This document shows, piece by piece, positions 37,200-46,869 of a DNA stretch of 64,000 bases. The notes beneath the pieces are model-generated. The model saw nothing but the letters and a program-made list of their open reading frames with translations, did not search any database and had not been told where the DNA came from. The stretch is from Planctomycetota bacterium (GTDB lineage: Bacteria; Planctomycetota; PLA2; JAEUHO01), in NCBI GenBank assembly GCA_046350655.1, contig JAXMAB010000005.1, positions 11,696 through 75,695 on the forward strand, in the 5' to 3' direction. The position numbers were made by a program, and so were the translations under genes. Within the stretch, counting starts at the first letter, position 1, and every line of letters begins with the position of its first letter.

Positions 37200-38346
37200 G
37201 TGCGTCGCATGCGCCCGCCGCCCCTCCCCCGACCGCCCGCCGCGCCGCGGCCCCCCGCCGCGGCGGCCCTCGTCGAGGCCGATCCCCGCTGGGCCCGCGT
37301 GCTCGCGCGCGACCCGGCCGCCGACGGCGCGTTCGTGTACGCGGTCCGCACGACGGGCGTGTGCTGCCGGCCGTCGTGCCCGTCGCGGCGGCCGCGGCCG
37401 GAGCACGTCGAGTTCCACGCCGACGTCGCCGCGGCGCGGGCGGCGGGGTTCCGCGCGTGCCGGCGCTGCGCCCCCGAGGGGCCCGCGCCGGCCGACGTGC
37501 GCGCCGCCCGCGTCGCCGCGCTGTGCCGGCGCCTCGAACGCGACGGCCCCACGCCGACGCTCGCCGACCTCGGCCGCCTCGTGGGGCTCTCGCCGTTCCA
37601 CGTCGCGCGCGTGTTCCGCGCGGCGACGGGCGTGACGGTCCGCGCGTACGCCGCGGCGCACCGCGCGCGCCGCGCGCGGGCCACGCTGCGGACCCGCCCG
37701 ACCGTGGCCGCGGCGCACGCGGCCGCGGGCTACGGCTCGGCCTCGCGGTTCTACGCGACCGCCGCCGCGCGTCTCGGCATGACGCCGCGCGCCTACCGCG
37801 CCGGCGGCGCCGGCCTCGAGCTGCGCTACGCGACCGCGCCCTGCGACCTCGGCACCGTGCTCGTCGCGGCCACGCCGCGCGGGATCGCGGCGATCCTCCT
37901 CGGCGACGCGGACGGCCCGCTCGTGCGCGACCTCGCGCGGCGCTTCCCGCGCGCGACGCGCGTGCGCGACGCGGCGGGCCTCGCGTCCCGCGTGCGCGAC
38001 GTCGTCCGCGCGGTGGCGGAGCCGCGCCTCGCGGCGCGTCTCCCGCTCGACGTGCGCGGGACGGCGTTCCAGCAGCGCGTGTGGGCGGCGCTCGCGGCGG
38101 TGCCCGCCGGCGCGACGACGACGTACGCGGCGGTCGCGCGCGCTCGGCGCGCCGCGCGCGGTGCGCGCCGTGGCCGGCGCGTGCGCGGCCAATCCCGTCG
38201 CCGTCGCGATCCCGTGCCATCGCGTGCGGCGCTCGGACGGCGCGCTCGCGGGCTATCGCTGGGGCGTCGCGCGCAAACGCGCCCTGCTCGCGCGCGAGGC
38301 CGTCGCGACGACCGGGGGCCCCCGTCGCGCGCCCCCCGGTGGGTGA
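37200..38346 (+). pseudogene. ada: Ada-type tri-domain gene (Ada Zn-binding N-domain + AraC HTH + O6-methylguanine-DNA methyltransferase) with a frameshift near 38135..38145 inside a gcgcgcgc run
   Basis: Frame A: [21 protein letters not shown]...CRRC (Ada metal site), AraC HTH, MGMT start [18 protein letters not shown]...TTYAAVA. The continuation ...[43 protein letters not shown] (PCHR active site) is only in the other frame (ORF 38161..38346). One missing base in tacgcggcggtcgcgcgcgc|tcgg would restore the frame. Confidence 0.75.
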
Positions 38347-38882
38347 ATCCCGGCCCACGCGCCGCGATCCATGCAACAATGCGCCGCGTCGAACGGGTCC
38401 ACGGGCCCGTCCGGCGTTCGAGTTGCTCTCCGTTCGCTGATCCAGGTGCGTCCGCACCCACGACGACGATCGCCAGGCCGATTCGATGCGGCCCTTCGTC
38501 GGAGTTCGGATCACGCCTCGCGCCCCCCGCTCACGCCGTCTCGCGCGTCCTCACGGTCGTGTCCGCGCTCGCGCGTCCGGATCCACGGGCCGTGCGGGCG
38601 GCCGACGGTCCATGGGCCCCGGCGGCTGCGCGGGCCCGCGCGTCGCGCCGGGCCCCTCCGACGGCTCCGCGCCTTCGTGCGCCTTCCCTTCGTGCTCCCT
38701 TTCTTCGTGCGTCGAGCGGCGCGTCCCGCGCCGCCCCACGCCCACGCGGTCCTCTGTGGGTCCGCGTGCTCTGCGATGGATGCTCGGTGAAGCACCGGCC
38801 GTCCTGCTCCGACGGGAGGCCCGCGGCCTCCACTCGACCGGAGTCCTTCCGTACGGCCGCGTTGAGTTCAACGAAAGCAATC

Positions 38883-39215
38883 ATGGGTAAGCGAATCTAC
38901 TGCGGCAACCTCTCCTTCCAGTCCAGCCAGGACGACGTCCGCGCGCTCTTCTCGGCGCACGGCGAGGTCACCGACGTCCACATGGTCATGGACCGCGAGA
39001 CGGGCCGCCCGCGCGGCTTCGCGTTCGTGGAGATGGCGACCGACGAGCAGGCCAAGGCGGCGATCCAGGCCCTCGACGGCCACTCGGCCGGCGGCCGCAA
39101 CCTGAAGGTCAACGAGGCCCAGGCGCGCGAGGAGCGCGGCGGCGGCGGTGGCGGCTACGGCGGCGGCGGCGGTGGCGGCGGCTACGGCGGCGGCTCGCGC
39201 GGCGGCCGGTACTAG
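38883..39215 (+). CDS. RRM-type RNA-binding protein with Gly-rich tail (110 aa)
   Basis: RNP-2 IYCGNL and RNP-1 RGFAFVEM motifs; C-terminal [22 protein letters not shown]; internal Met of junk ORF 37200..39215. Confidence 0.9.
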   Translation: MGKRIYCGNLSFQSSQDDVRALFSAHGEVTDVHMVMDRETGRPRGFAFVEMATDEQAKAAIQALDGHSAGGRNLKVNEAQAREERGGGGGGYGGGGGGGGYGGGSRGGRY

Positions 39216-39226
39216 TTCCTCCGCGC

Positions 39227-39322
39227 AGGGCGAGGCGGTCCGCCGCCTCGCTCTGCCGCTCGGGGCGAGGCGGTCCCCCGCCTCGCTCCGCCGCATCGGG
39301 CGAGGCGGACCCCCGCCTCGCC
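39227..39322. repeat. Three tandem 35-bp units each forming a 9-bp-stem GC hairpin (gcgaggcgg-N4-ccgcctcgc) immediately 3' of the RRM gene
   Basis: Hairpins at 39229..39250, 39264..39285 and 39299..39320; loops tccg/tccc/accc; period exactly 35 bp. Confidence 0.85.
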
Positions 39323-39363
39323 CCGAGTCCTCCGCACCTCGCGCCCGGCCCCGGGACCCCCAC

Positions 39364-39663
39364 ATGCCGATCGACGACCGCAAGTTCAAGCGCCTGACGC
39401 TCGCCAACGTGGACGTCGCGCCGCTCAAGCGCGGCGTGTACGCGCTCTACGCGAAGCGCGAGCTCGTGTTCCTCGGCCACGCGGCGGGGAAGGGCGACAC
39501 GCTCCGCAGCCGGCTGCGCGCGCACCTCACCGGCGCGACGAACGGGCTCACGCACTACAAGCGCGAGACCTCCATGCAGCCGAAGGCGCGCCTCAAGGCG
39601 CTCCTCGACGAATACGTCGCGGCGAACGGGCACCCGCCCGCGCAGAACGCCGCGAAGAAGTGA
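39364..39663 (+). CDS. Hypothetical small protein (99 aa), possibly a degenerate GIY-YIG-like fold
   Basis: MPIDDRKFKRLTLANVDVAPLKRGVYALYAKRELVFLGHAAGKGDTLRSRLRAHL; non-junk composition; internal Met of ORF 39148..39663. Confidence 0.45.
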   Translation: MPIDDRKFKRLTLANVDVAPLKRGVYALYAKRELVFLGHAAGKGDTLRSRLRAHLTGATNGLTHYKRETSMQPKARLKALLDEYVAANGHPPAQNAAKK

Positions 39664-39879
39664 CCGCGTAGCCCCCGCGCGGGGACGCGAGGCCCGGCCC
39701 GCCGCGGGACCGCGAGGCCCGGTCCGTCGCGGGTCGCGCGCAGGGAACCGCCCGGACGCCTCGCGCGGTCCGCCGCGGCCCCGGCGACGATGGGGTCGTG
39801 ACGCCCGACGTCCCGCCCCCCGCCGCGCCGCCCCCCGCCGCGCCGCCGGCCGACGCGCGCGCCGCGCGACCCGCGGCCC

Positions 39880-41571
39880 GTGCTCGTGACCGGCGCCACC
39901 GGGTACGTGGGCGGCCGCCTCGTGCCGCGCCTGCTCGAGGCCGGGCATCGCGTGCGCGCGCTCGCGCGCGACCCCCGCAAGCTCGCCGGCCGCGCCTGGA
40001 GCGCCGACCCGGGCCTCGAGATCGCGGCGGGCGACGTGCTCGACGAAGCCTCCCTCGCGGCGGCGTGCCGCGGCTGCCGCGCGGCCTACTGGCTCGTCCA
40101 CTCGATGGACGCGCGCCACGCGGACTTCGCCGAGGCCGACCGTCGGGCCGCCGCGGCGATGGCGCGGGCCGCCGCCGAGGCGGGCCTCGAGCGGATCGTG
40201 TACCTCGGCGGCCTCGGCGAGGACGGCCCCGACCTGTCGCCGCACCTGCGCTCGCGCGCCGAGGTGGCGCGCGTCCTCGCGTCGGGGCCCGTGCCCGTGA
40301 CGACGCTGCGCGCGGGGATGATCCTCGGGTCGGGCAGCGCGTCGTTCGAGATCCTGCGCTACCTCGTGGACCGCCTGCCCGCCATGGTGACGCCGCGCTG
40401 GGTCGGCACGCCGTGCCAGCCCGTCGCGATCCGCGACGTGCTCGGCTGGCTGGTCGGCGTGCTCGACGCGCCGGCCGCGGCGGGCCGCACGTTCGACGTG
40501 GGCGGCCCCGAGGTGCTCACGTACCGGCGGCTCATGGAGGTCTACGCCGAGGAGGCCGGGCTCCCGCGCCGGTGGATCGTCCCCGTGCCGATCCTCTCGC
40601 CGCGGCTCTCGTCGTACTGGATCCACCTGGTCACGCCGGTCCCCGCCGCGCTCGCGCGCCCGCTCGCGGAGGGGCTCCGCAACCCCGTCGTCGCCCACGA
40701 CGACGCGCTGCGCACGCTGCTGCCGCGCGACCTCCTGACCCCGCGCGAGGCGATCCGCCTCGCGCTCGAGCGGTTCCGCCACGACGCGACGGAGACGCAC
40801 TGGACCGACGCGGGGCGCCTCCCCGCGGCGGAGTGGAGCGACCCCGACGACCCGGCGTGGGCCGGCGGCACCGTGCGCGAGGACGTGCGCCGCGTCGTCG
40901 TCGCGGCGCCCATCGAGCGCGCGTGGGCGCCGGTCGCGCGGATCGGCGGGCGCACGGGCTGGTACCACGCGGACGGCCTCTGGGCCCTGCGCGGCCGCCT
41001 CGACCGGCTCGTCGGCGGCGTGGGGCTGCGCCGCGGGCGGCGCCATCCCGTGGACCTGCGCGTCGGCGACGCGCTCGACTTCTGGCGCGTCGTCGAGGTG
41101 GACCCGCCCCGCCGGCTGCGGCTCGTGGCCGAGATGCGCCTGCCGGGCCGCGCGACGCTCTCGATCGACCTGCGCGCGCTCGACGCCGGGCGCACCGAGA
41201 TCGTCTCGACGGCGCGGTTCGCGCCGCGCGGCCTCCTGGGCCTCGCGTACTGGACGGCCGTGGCCCCGATGCACCACGGCGTCTTCCACGGGCTCTTGAA
41301 GGGGCTCGCGAAGGCCGCGCGGGCGCGCGTGCTCGAGGGCCCCGAGGTCGTGCGCGTCCCGCGGCGCGCGAGGCCTCGCGCGGCGGCGGGCGCCCGCGCG
41401 CTGACGGCCGCGGCCGCGACGCCGGGATGCGACGCCGGGATGCGACGGAAGCGTTGCATCGCGCGCGGTCCACGCGACGCGGGCCCGGGACCCCGCGACG
41501 CGCGCACCCTCCGCGGGGTTCAATGGCGCGGGGTCGCGCGACGCGCGCGCAGGTCGAGGGGAGCGCCCCCG
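39880..41571 (+). CDS. NAD(P)-binding NmrA/SDR-like domain fused to DUF2867; 3' end unresolved (no in-frame stop before the next gene's start; the ORF runs on to 43197)
   Basis: GTG start; Rossmann GATGYVGGRLV; C-terminal domain (WxxxD...GGRTGWYH...LRG..D...VGD..DFWRV) DUF2867-like; followed by a low-complexity linker containing a 13-bp tandem duplication. Confidence 0.6.
41418..41443. repeat. Perfect 13-bp tandem duplication (gacgccgggatgc x2) in the linker between the DUF2867 and DUF1549 coding regions
   Basis: Seen directly; 13 is not a multiple of 3, so the duplication (or its absence) changes the downstream frame. Confidence 0.8.
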
Positions 41572-43197
41572 ATGCGTGCGTCGCGCGAGGTCCCGTCGGC
41601 CGCGGCCGGCCGGCGCCGTGCCCGCGCGGTCCCGGCGCTCGCGGTCGCGGCGCTCACGCTGCTGCCGCTCGCGTCGCCGTCGGTCGCGCCGGCGCGCGCC
41701 GCGCCCGAGCCGCCCGCGGCCGCGGCGCCGTGGGCCGCCGCGTCCGCGCGCGTGGACGCGCTCGTCCGCGCGCGGCTCGACGAGCTGGGGATCGCGCCGG
41801 CCCCGCGGTGCAGCGACGAGACGTTCGTGCGCCGCGCCTACCTCGACGTGACGGGGACGCTCCCGCGCCTCGACGAGGTGCGCGCGTTCCTGCGGAACCA
41901 GAAGCCGGACCGCCGCGCCGCGCTCGTCGACGCGCTGCTCGAGCGCGAGGAGTACGCCGACTACCTCGCGATGCGCTGGTGCACGCTCCTGCGGGTCAAG
42001 TCGGAGTTCCCGATCAACCTGTGGCCGAACGCCGTCCAGGCCTACCACCGGTGGATCCGGACCCAGGTCCGCGACAACGTCCCGTGGGACCGGTTCGCGC
42101 GCGCGCTCCTCACGTCGAGCGGCAGCAACGTCCGCGTGCCCGCGGTCAACTTCTACCGCGCGGTGCAGAAGAAGGACCCGCCGACCCTCGCGCGCGCGGT
42201 GGCGCTCACCTTCCTCGGCTGCCGCGCGGAGGCCTGGGAGAAGGCGCGGCTCGACGGCCTCGCGGCGTGCCTCGCGCGCGTGGGGTGGAAGACGACGGCG
42301 GAGTGGAAGGAGGAGATCGTCTTCTTCGACGTCACGAAGCCCGGTCTGCCCTCGACGACGCTCCCGGACGGCACCGTCGTGAAGCTGCCGCCGCGGCAGG
42401 ACCCGCGCGAGGTGCTCGCCGACTGGGTGGTGTCGCCGTCGAACCCGTGGTTCGCGCGGGCGATCGCGAACCGCGTCTGGTCGTGGCTGCTCGGCACCGG
42501 GATCGTGCACGAGCCCGACGACCTCCGGCCCGACAACCCGCCGTCGAACCCGGCGCTGCTCGAGCTCCTCGAGCGCGAGACGGTCGCCGGCGGCTTCGAC
42601 CTGAAGCACCTCTACCGCGTGATCCTCAACTCGCAGACGTACCAGCGCGCGTCGGTGCCGACCACCGACGACCCGCGCGCGGAGGCGGCGTTCGCGCACT
42701 ACCCGGTGCGCCGCCTCGAGGCCGAGGTGCTCATCGACGCCATCAACCAGGTGACCGGCACCGCCGAGGAGTACACGAGCAAGATCCCGGAGCCGTTCAC
42801 CTTCATGCCCGAGGGGCAGCGCTCGATCGCGCTGGCCGACGCCAGCGTGTCGAGCCCGTTCCTCGAGCTCTTCGGCCGCTCCGCGCGGGTGACGGGCCTC
42901 GAGTCGGAGCAGCGCGCCGCGCTGCCGACGGTGGCGCAGCGCCTCCACCTGCTCAACTCGACGCACCTGCGGCGCAAGCTCGAGCAGGGCCCGAACATGG
43001 CGGCGATGCTGAAGCCGACGGCGTGGCCCCGCGACACGTACGACACGCTGTACCTCACGATCCTGTCGCGGTACCCCACCGCGGCCGAGCTCGAGGCCGT
43101 CCGCGCGTACCAGGACGACGTCGGCGGCCTCGCGCGGGCCGGGACGGACCTCGCGTGGGCGCTGATCAACGGCGCCGAGTTCCAGTGCCGCCACTGA
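41572..43197 (+). CDS. DUF1549/DUF1553 (PSD1-type) secreted protein, planctomycete-like, 541 aa
   Basis: GAGGGGAG RBS; signal peptide; FVRRAYLDVTGTLP, EEYADYLAMRWCTLLRV, NLWPNAVQAYHRWI (DUF1549 block), then DUF1553-like C-half (NRVWSWLLGTGIVHEPDDL, NPALLELL). Confidence 0.8.
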   Translation: MRASREVPSAAAGRRRARAVPALAVAALTLLPLASPSVAPARAAPEPPAAAAPWAAASARVDALVRARLDELGIAPAPRCSDETFVRRAYLDVTGTLPRLDEVRAFLRNQKPDRRAALVDALLEREEYADYLAMRWCTLLRVKSEFPINLWPNAVQAYHRWIRTQVRDNVPWDRFARALLTSSGSNVRVPAVNFYRAVQKKDPPTLARAVALTFLGCRAEAWEKARLDGLAACLARVGWKTTAEWKEEIVFFDVTKPGLPSTTLPDGTVVKLPPRQDPREVLADWVVSPSNPWFARAIANRVWSWLLGTGIVHEPDDLRPDNPPSNPALLELLERETVAGGFDLKHLYRVILNSQTYQRASVPTTDDPRAEAAFAHYPVRRLEAEVLIDAINQVTGTAEEYTSKIPEPFTFMPEGQRSIALADASVSSPFLELFGRSARVTGLESEQRAALPTVAQRLHLLNSTHLRRKLEQGPNMAAMLKPTAWPRDTYDTLYLTILSRYPTAAELEAVRAYQDDVGGLARAGTDLAWALINGAEFQCRH

Positions 43198-43214
43198 CGC
43201 CGGAGGACCCGACG

Positions 43215-44543
43215 ATGCGCACCGCCCCCACCCGTCGCGCCGTGCTGCGGACCGGGCTCGCCGGCGCCGCCGCGTGCCTGCTCGGCGACCACGCCGCCGT
43301 CCGCGCGTGGGCCGGCGGGCCTCGCGTGACGGCGGGGAAGGCCCGGTCCGTCGTCCAGATCTGGATGTGGGGCGGCCCCAGCCACCTCGACACGTTCGAC
43401 CCGAAGCCCGAGGCGGGCAGCGCCTACGCGGGCCCGCTGACGCGGCCCGTCGAGACCAACGTGCCGGGGATGCGGATCTCGGAGCTCCTGCCCCTGCTCG
43501 CGAAGCAGGGCGACAAGTACGCGCTGATCCGCAGCATGACCCACGGCAACTTCGGCCACGAGACGGCCGCCTACATGGTGCAGACGGGCCGCAAGCCCGG
43601 CGAGCGGATCGTCTACCCGACCGTCGGCGCGGTCGTGGCGCACTTCCGCGGCGAGACCGCCGACGACGCGGCGCGCCTGCCCCCCTACGTGGTGCTCACG
43701 GAGCCGCAGGGGCGGTTCGACGAGGCGGGGTTCCTCGGCACGCGCTACCGGCCGTTCGCGACGGGCGGCGACCCGTCGCAGCCGCGTTTCCTCGTCGAGG
43801 GCATCGTCGCGGCGGGCATCACCGAGGCGCAGCAGCGCGAGCGCCGGGCGCTGCTCGACCGGCTCGACGTGCTGCGCCGCGCCGTCCCGTCGAACCCCGC
43901 GGTGCGGGCGCTCGCGCGGTCCGAGGAGCAGGCGTACGAGCTGATCCTCGGCGCCGGCGCGCGCACGTTCGACCTCTCGACCGAGCCCGACGCGCTGCGC
44001 GACCGGTACGGGCGCACGAAGTTCGGCCAGTCGTGCCTCGTCGCGCGCCGCCTGGTCGAGCAGGGCGTGCCGTACGTGACGATCAACTACGCGGGCTGGG
44101 ACACCCACAAGGACAACTTCCCGGAGATGCGCCGCAAGCTCCCCGAGCTCGACCGCGGCCTCGCGACGCTCCTCGAGGACCTCGCCGACCGCGGCCTGCT
44201 CGCGAGCACCATCGTCTGGTGCGGCGGCGAGTTCGGCCGCACGCCGAAGGTCGACACCGAGGCGCCGTGGAACGGCGGCCGCGGCCACTGGGGGAAGGTG
44301 TTCTCGACGCTCGTCGCGGGCGGCGGCTTCAAGGGCGGCCGCGTCGTCGGCGCGTCGGACGCGAAGGGCGAGGAGGTCAGGACGCGGCCGGTGTACCCGC
44401 GCGACCTCATCGCGAGCATGTACAGGCTGCTCGGCATCGAGCCCGACGCGCGGCTCCCCCACCCCGAGGGCGCCGAGACCTTCGCGCTGCCCACCGCGGC
44501 CGACGACGTCCCGTCGGGCGGGATCCTCAAGGAGCTGCTGTGA
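43215..44543 (+). CDS. DUF1501 protein (sulfatase-like fold) with Tat signal, 442 aa
   Basis: GGAGGA RBS; RRAVLRTGLAGAAA twin-arginine signal; QIWMWGGPSHLDTFDPKP, MTHGNFGHETAAYM, CGGEFGRTPK, GRGHWG motifs of the DUF1501 family. Confidence 0.85.
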   Translation: MRTAPTRRAVLRTGLAGAAACLLGDHAAVRAWAGGPRVTAGKARSVVQIWMWGGPSHLDTFDPKPEAGSAYAGPLTRPVETNVPGMRISELLPLLAKQGDKYALIRSMTHGNFGHETAAYMVQTGRKPGERIVYPTVGAVVAHFRGETADDAARLPPYVVLTEPQGRFDEAGFLGTRYRPFATGGDPSQPRFLVEGIVAAGITEAQQRERRALLDRLDVLRRAVPSNPAVRALARSEEQAYELILGAGARTFDLSTEPDALRDRYGRTKFGQSCLVARRLVEQGVPYVTINYAGWDTHKDNFPEMRRKLPELDRGLATLLEDLADRGLLASTIVWCGGEFGRTPKVDTEAPWNGGRGHWGKVFSTLVAGGGFKGGRVVGASDAKGEEVRTRPVYPRDLIASMYRLLGIEPDARLPHPEGAETFALPTAADDVPSGGILKELL

Positions 44544-46789
44544 GCCGCGCGCGCGCCGGCGGGACGCGCCGCGCCGCCGCGGCGGTCGCGCTGCTGGCGC
44601 TCGCGTGCGCCGCGGCCCCGCGCGCGGCCGCCGACGGCCCGCACGCCGGGTACGTGTTCCCCGCGGGCGGGCGCCAGGGGACGACGTTCGAGGTGACGGT
44701 CGCGGGGCAGTACCTCAAGGACACGGTGGCCGCGCACGTGTCCGGCACGGGCGTCACCGCGAAGGTGCTCGCCGAGGAGCGGCCGCTGACCCCGAAGGAG
44801 GAGGACGAGCTGCGCAAGGCCCTGGAGGCGTTCCAGGCGAAGCGGCGCGCGCCCGGCGGCGTCACCGCCGACGAGGTGAAGGCCGCCGAGGCGACGCGCC
44901 GGCGGCTGCAGCGGTTCGGCCGCCCCCCCGCCAACCCGTCCATCGGCGAGTTCGTCACGCTGGAGGTCGCGGTCGACGCGGCCGCGGCGCCGGGCCGGCG
45001 CGAGCTGCGGCTCGCGACCCAGGCGGGCCTCACGAACCCCGTCGTGTTCGAGGTCGGGACGCTGCCGGAGGTGAGCGAGGCCGCGTGGGAGAGCGTCGGC
45101 GGCCCCGCGGGCCTCGCGCCCGACCGCGAGGCGAAGGGCCGCGAGACCCGCGTCACGCTCCCCGTGACGCTCAACGGCCAGATCCCGCCCGGCGGCATGG
45201 ACCGCTACCGCTTCCGCGCCGAGCAGGGGATGCCCCTCGTCGTGGTCGTGCGCGCGCGCGAGCTGATCCCGTACATCGCCGACGCGGTGCCCGGCTGGTT
45301 CCAGGCGACGGTCGCGTTGTACGACGCCAAGGGCCGCGAGCTCGCCTTCAGCGACGACTACCGCTTCCACCCCGACCCCGTCCTCTTCTTCCGCATCCCC
45401 GCGACGGGCGAGTACGTGCTCGAGGTGAAGGACGCGCTCTTCCGGGGCCGCGAGGACTTCGTCTACCGCATCTCCGCGGGCGAGCTGCCGTTCGTGACCG
45501 CGGTCTTCCCCCTCGGCGGCCGGGTCGGCACCGAGACGTCCCTCCTCGCCTCGGGGTGGAACCTCCCGTTCCGCACCGTGGCCCTCGACCTCCGGACGGT
45601 GGAGCCGGGCGTGCACGTCGTGCCCGACCCGCGCGTCGCCAACCCCGTGCCCTACGCCGCCGACACGCTCCCCGAGGTGGCCGAGGAGGAGCCCGACGAC
45701 GAGGCCGGCCAGCTCGTCCCGCGGCCGGTCGTCGTCAACGGCCGCATCGACGCGCCCGGCGACGTCGACGTCTTCCGGTTCAACGCCTCGGCGGGCGAGC
45801 GCATCGTCGCGGAGGTCCTCGCGCGACGGCTCGACTCGCCCCTCGACGCGCGCCTCGTGGTGACGGACGCCTACGGCAAGCAGGTCGCGCTCAACGACGA
45901 CCACGAGGACAAGGGCGCGGGCCTCGACACGCACCACGCCGACGCGTACGTCGCGTTCACCGTCCGGACGAGCGGCGTGTGCCGCGTGACGCTCGAGGAC
46001 GCGCAGCACGCCGGCGGCCCCGCGCACGCGTACCGCCTCCGGATCGGCCCCCCGCGCCACGACTTCGAGCTCCGCGTCACGCCCTCGACGCTCAACCTGC
46101 GCGCGGGCGCGAGCGTCCCCCTCACGGTCCACGCCCTGCGCCGCGACGGCTTCGACGGCGAGATCGAGGTGGTGCTCCGCGACGCGCCGAAGGGCTTCAC
46201 GCTCACGGGCGACCCCATCGCGAAGGGGGCCGACCGCGGCCGCTACACGCTGGACGCGCCGACCTCCGTCGCCGACGGGATGTTCACGCTGCGCGTCGAG
46301 GGGCGCGCGCGGCTCCACGGGCGCGTCGCGGTCCGCGAGGCGGTCCCCGCCGACGACATGATGCAGGCCTTCATCTACCGCCACCTCGTGCCCGCGCAGC
46401 AGCTCGTGGGCGCGGTCGTCGGGCGGCTGCGGGCCCCGGGCGCGACGCGGTACGTCTCCGAGGTCCCGGTGCGCATCCCGGCCGGCGGCACGGCGAAGGT
46501 CGAGGTGAGCCTCGCGCGGCTCCCCCCGAACGTCGGCAACCTCGAGTTCGTCCTCGACGCGCCGCCCGACGGCATCACGCTGAAGGGCGTCCGCGCGCTC
46601 CCGGACACGACCGAGCTGGTCCTCGCCGCCGACCCCGCGAAGGTGAAGCCCGGCGTCCGCGGCAGCCTCATCGTGAACCTCTCGGGCGAGCGCACCGCGA
46701 CCGCCGGCGCCGCGGCGCCCGCCGCCGCGCGCCGCCGCGTCGCCCTCGGCGTGCTGCCCGCGCTGCCGTTCGAGGTCGTGCGCCCCTGA
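44540..46789 (+). CDS. Large secreted protein (749 aa) with repeated beta-sandwich (PPC/Ig-like) segments, GTG start overlapping the DUF1501 stop (GTGA)
   Basis: Signal peptide ALLALACAAAPRAAA; repeated G..D.YRF...G..L modules (DRYRFRAEQG, DVFRFNASAGE, YRLRIGPP); coding-like composition across the full length. Confidence 0.65.
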   Translation: MSRARAGGTRRAAAAVALLALACAAAPRAAADGPHAGYVFPAGGRQGTTFEVTVAGQYLKDTVAAHVSGTGVTAKVLAEERPLTPKEEDELRKALEAFQAKRRAPGGVTADEVKAAEATRRRLQRFGRPPANPSIGEFVTLEVAVDAAAAPGRRELRLATQAGLTNPVVFEVGTLPEVSEAAWESVGGPAGLAPDREAKGRETRVTLPVTLNGQIPPGGMDRYRFRAEQGMPLVVVVRARELIPYIADAVPGWFQATVALYDAKGRELAFSDDYRFHPDPVLFFRIPATGEYVLEVKDALFRGREDFVYRISAGELPFVTAVFPLGGRVGTETSLLASGWNLPFRTVALDLRTVEPGVHVVPDPRVANPVPYAADTLPEVAEEEPDDEAGQLVPRPVVVNGRIDAPGDVDVFRFNASAGERIVAEVLARRLDSPLDARLVVTDAYGKQVALNDDHEDKGAGLDTHHADAYVAFTVRTSGVCRVTLEDAQHAGGPAHAYRLRIGPPRHDFELRVTPSTLNLRAGASVPLTVHALRRDGFDGEIEVVLRDAPKGFTLTGDPIAKGADRGRYTLDAPTSVADGMFTLRVEGRARLHGRVAVREAVPADDMMQAFIYRHLVPAQQLVGAVVGRLRAPGATRYVSEVPVRIPAGGTAKVEVSLARLPPNVGNLEFVLDAPPDGITLKGVRALPDTTELVLAADPAKVKPGVRGSLIVNLSGERTATAGAAAPAAARRRVALGVLPALPFEVVRP

Positions 46790-46869
46790 GGGGCGACGGC
46801 GCCGCGGCTGCGTTCCCGGCCGAATCCTCGCGGTCGCCGCCCCCGACCCGAGGCCCGGTGCGCGCCGCG

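Noticed and set aside
41418-41443. 13-bp duplication considered as a target-site duplication of a mobile element
   Set aside because: The two copies are directly abutting with nothing between them, and there is no transposase or integrase anywhere in the window. It is simple slippage or duplication.
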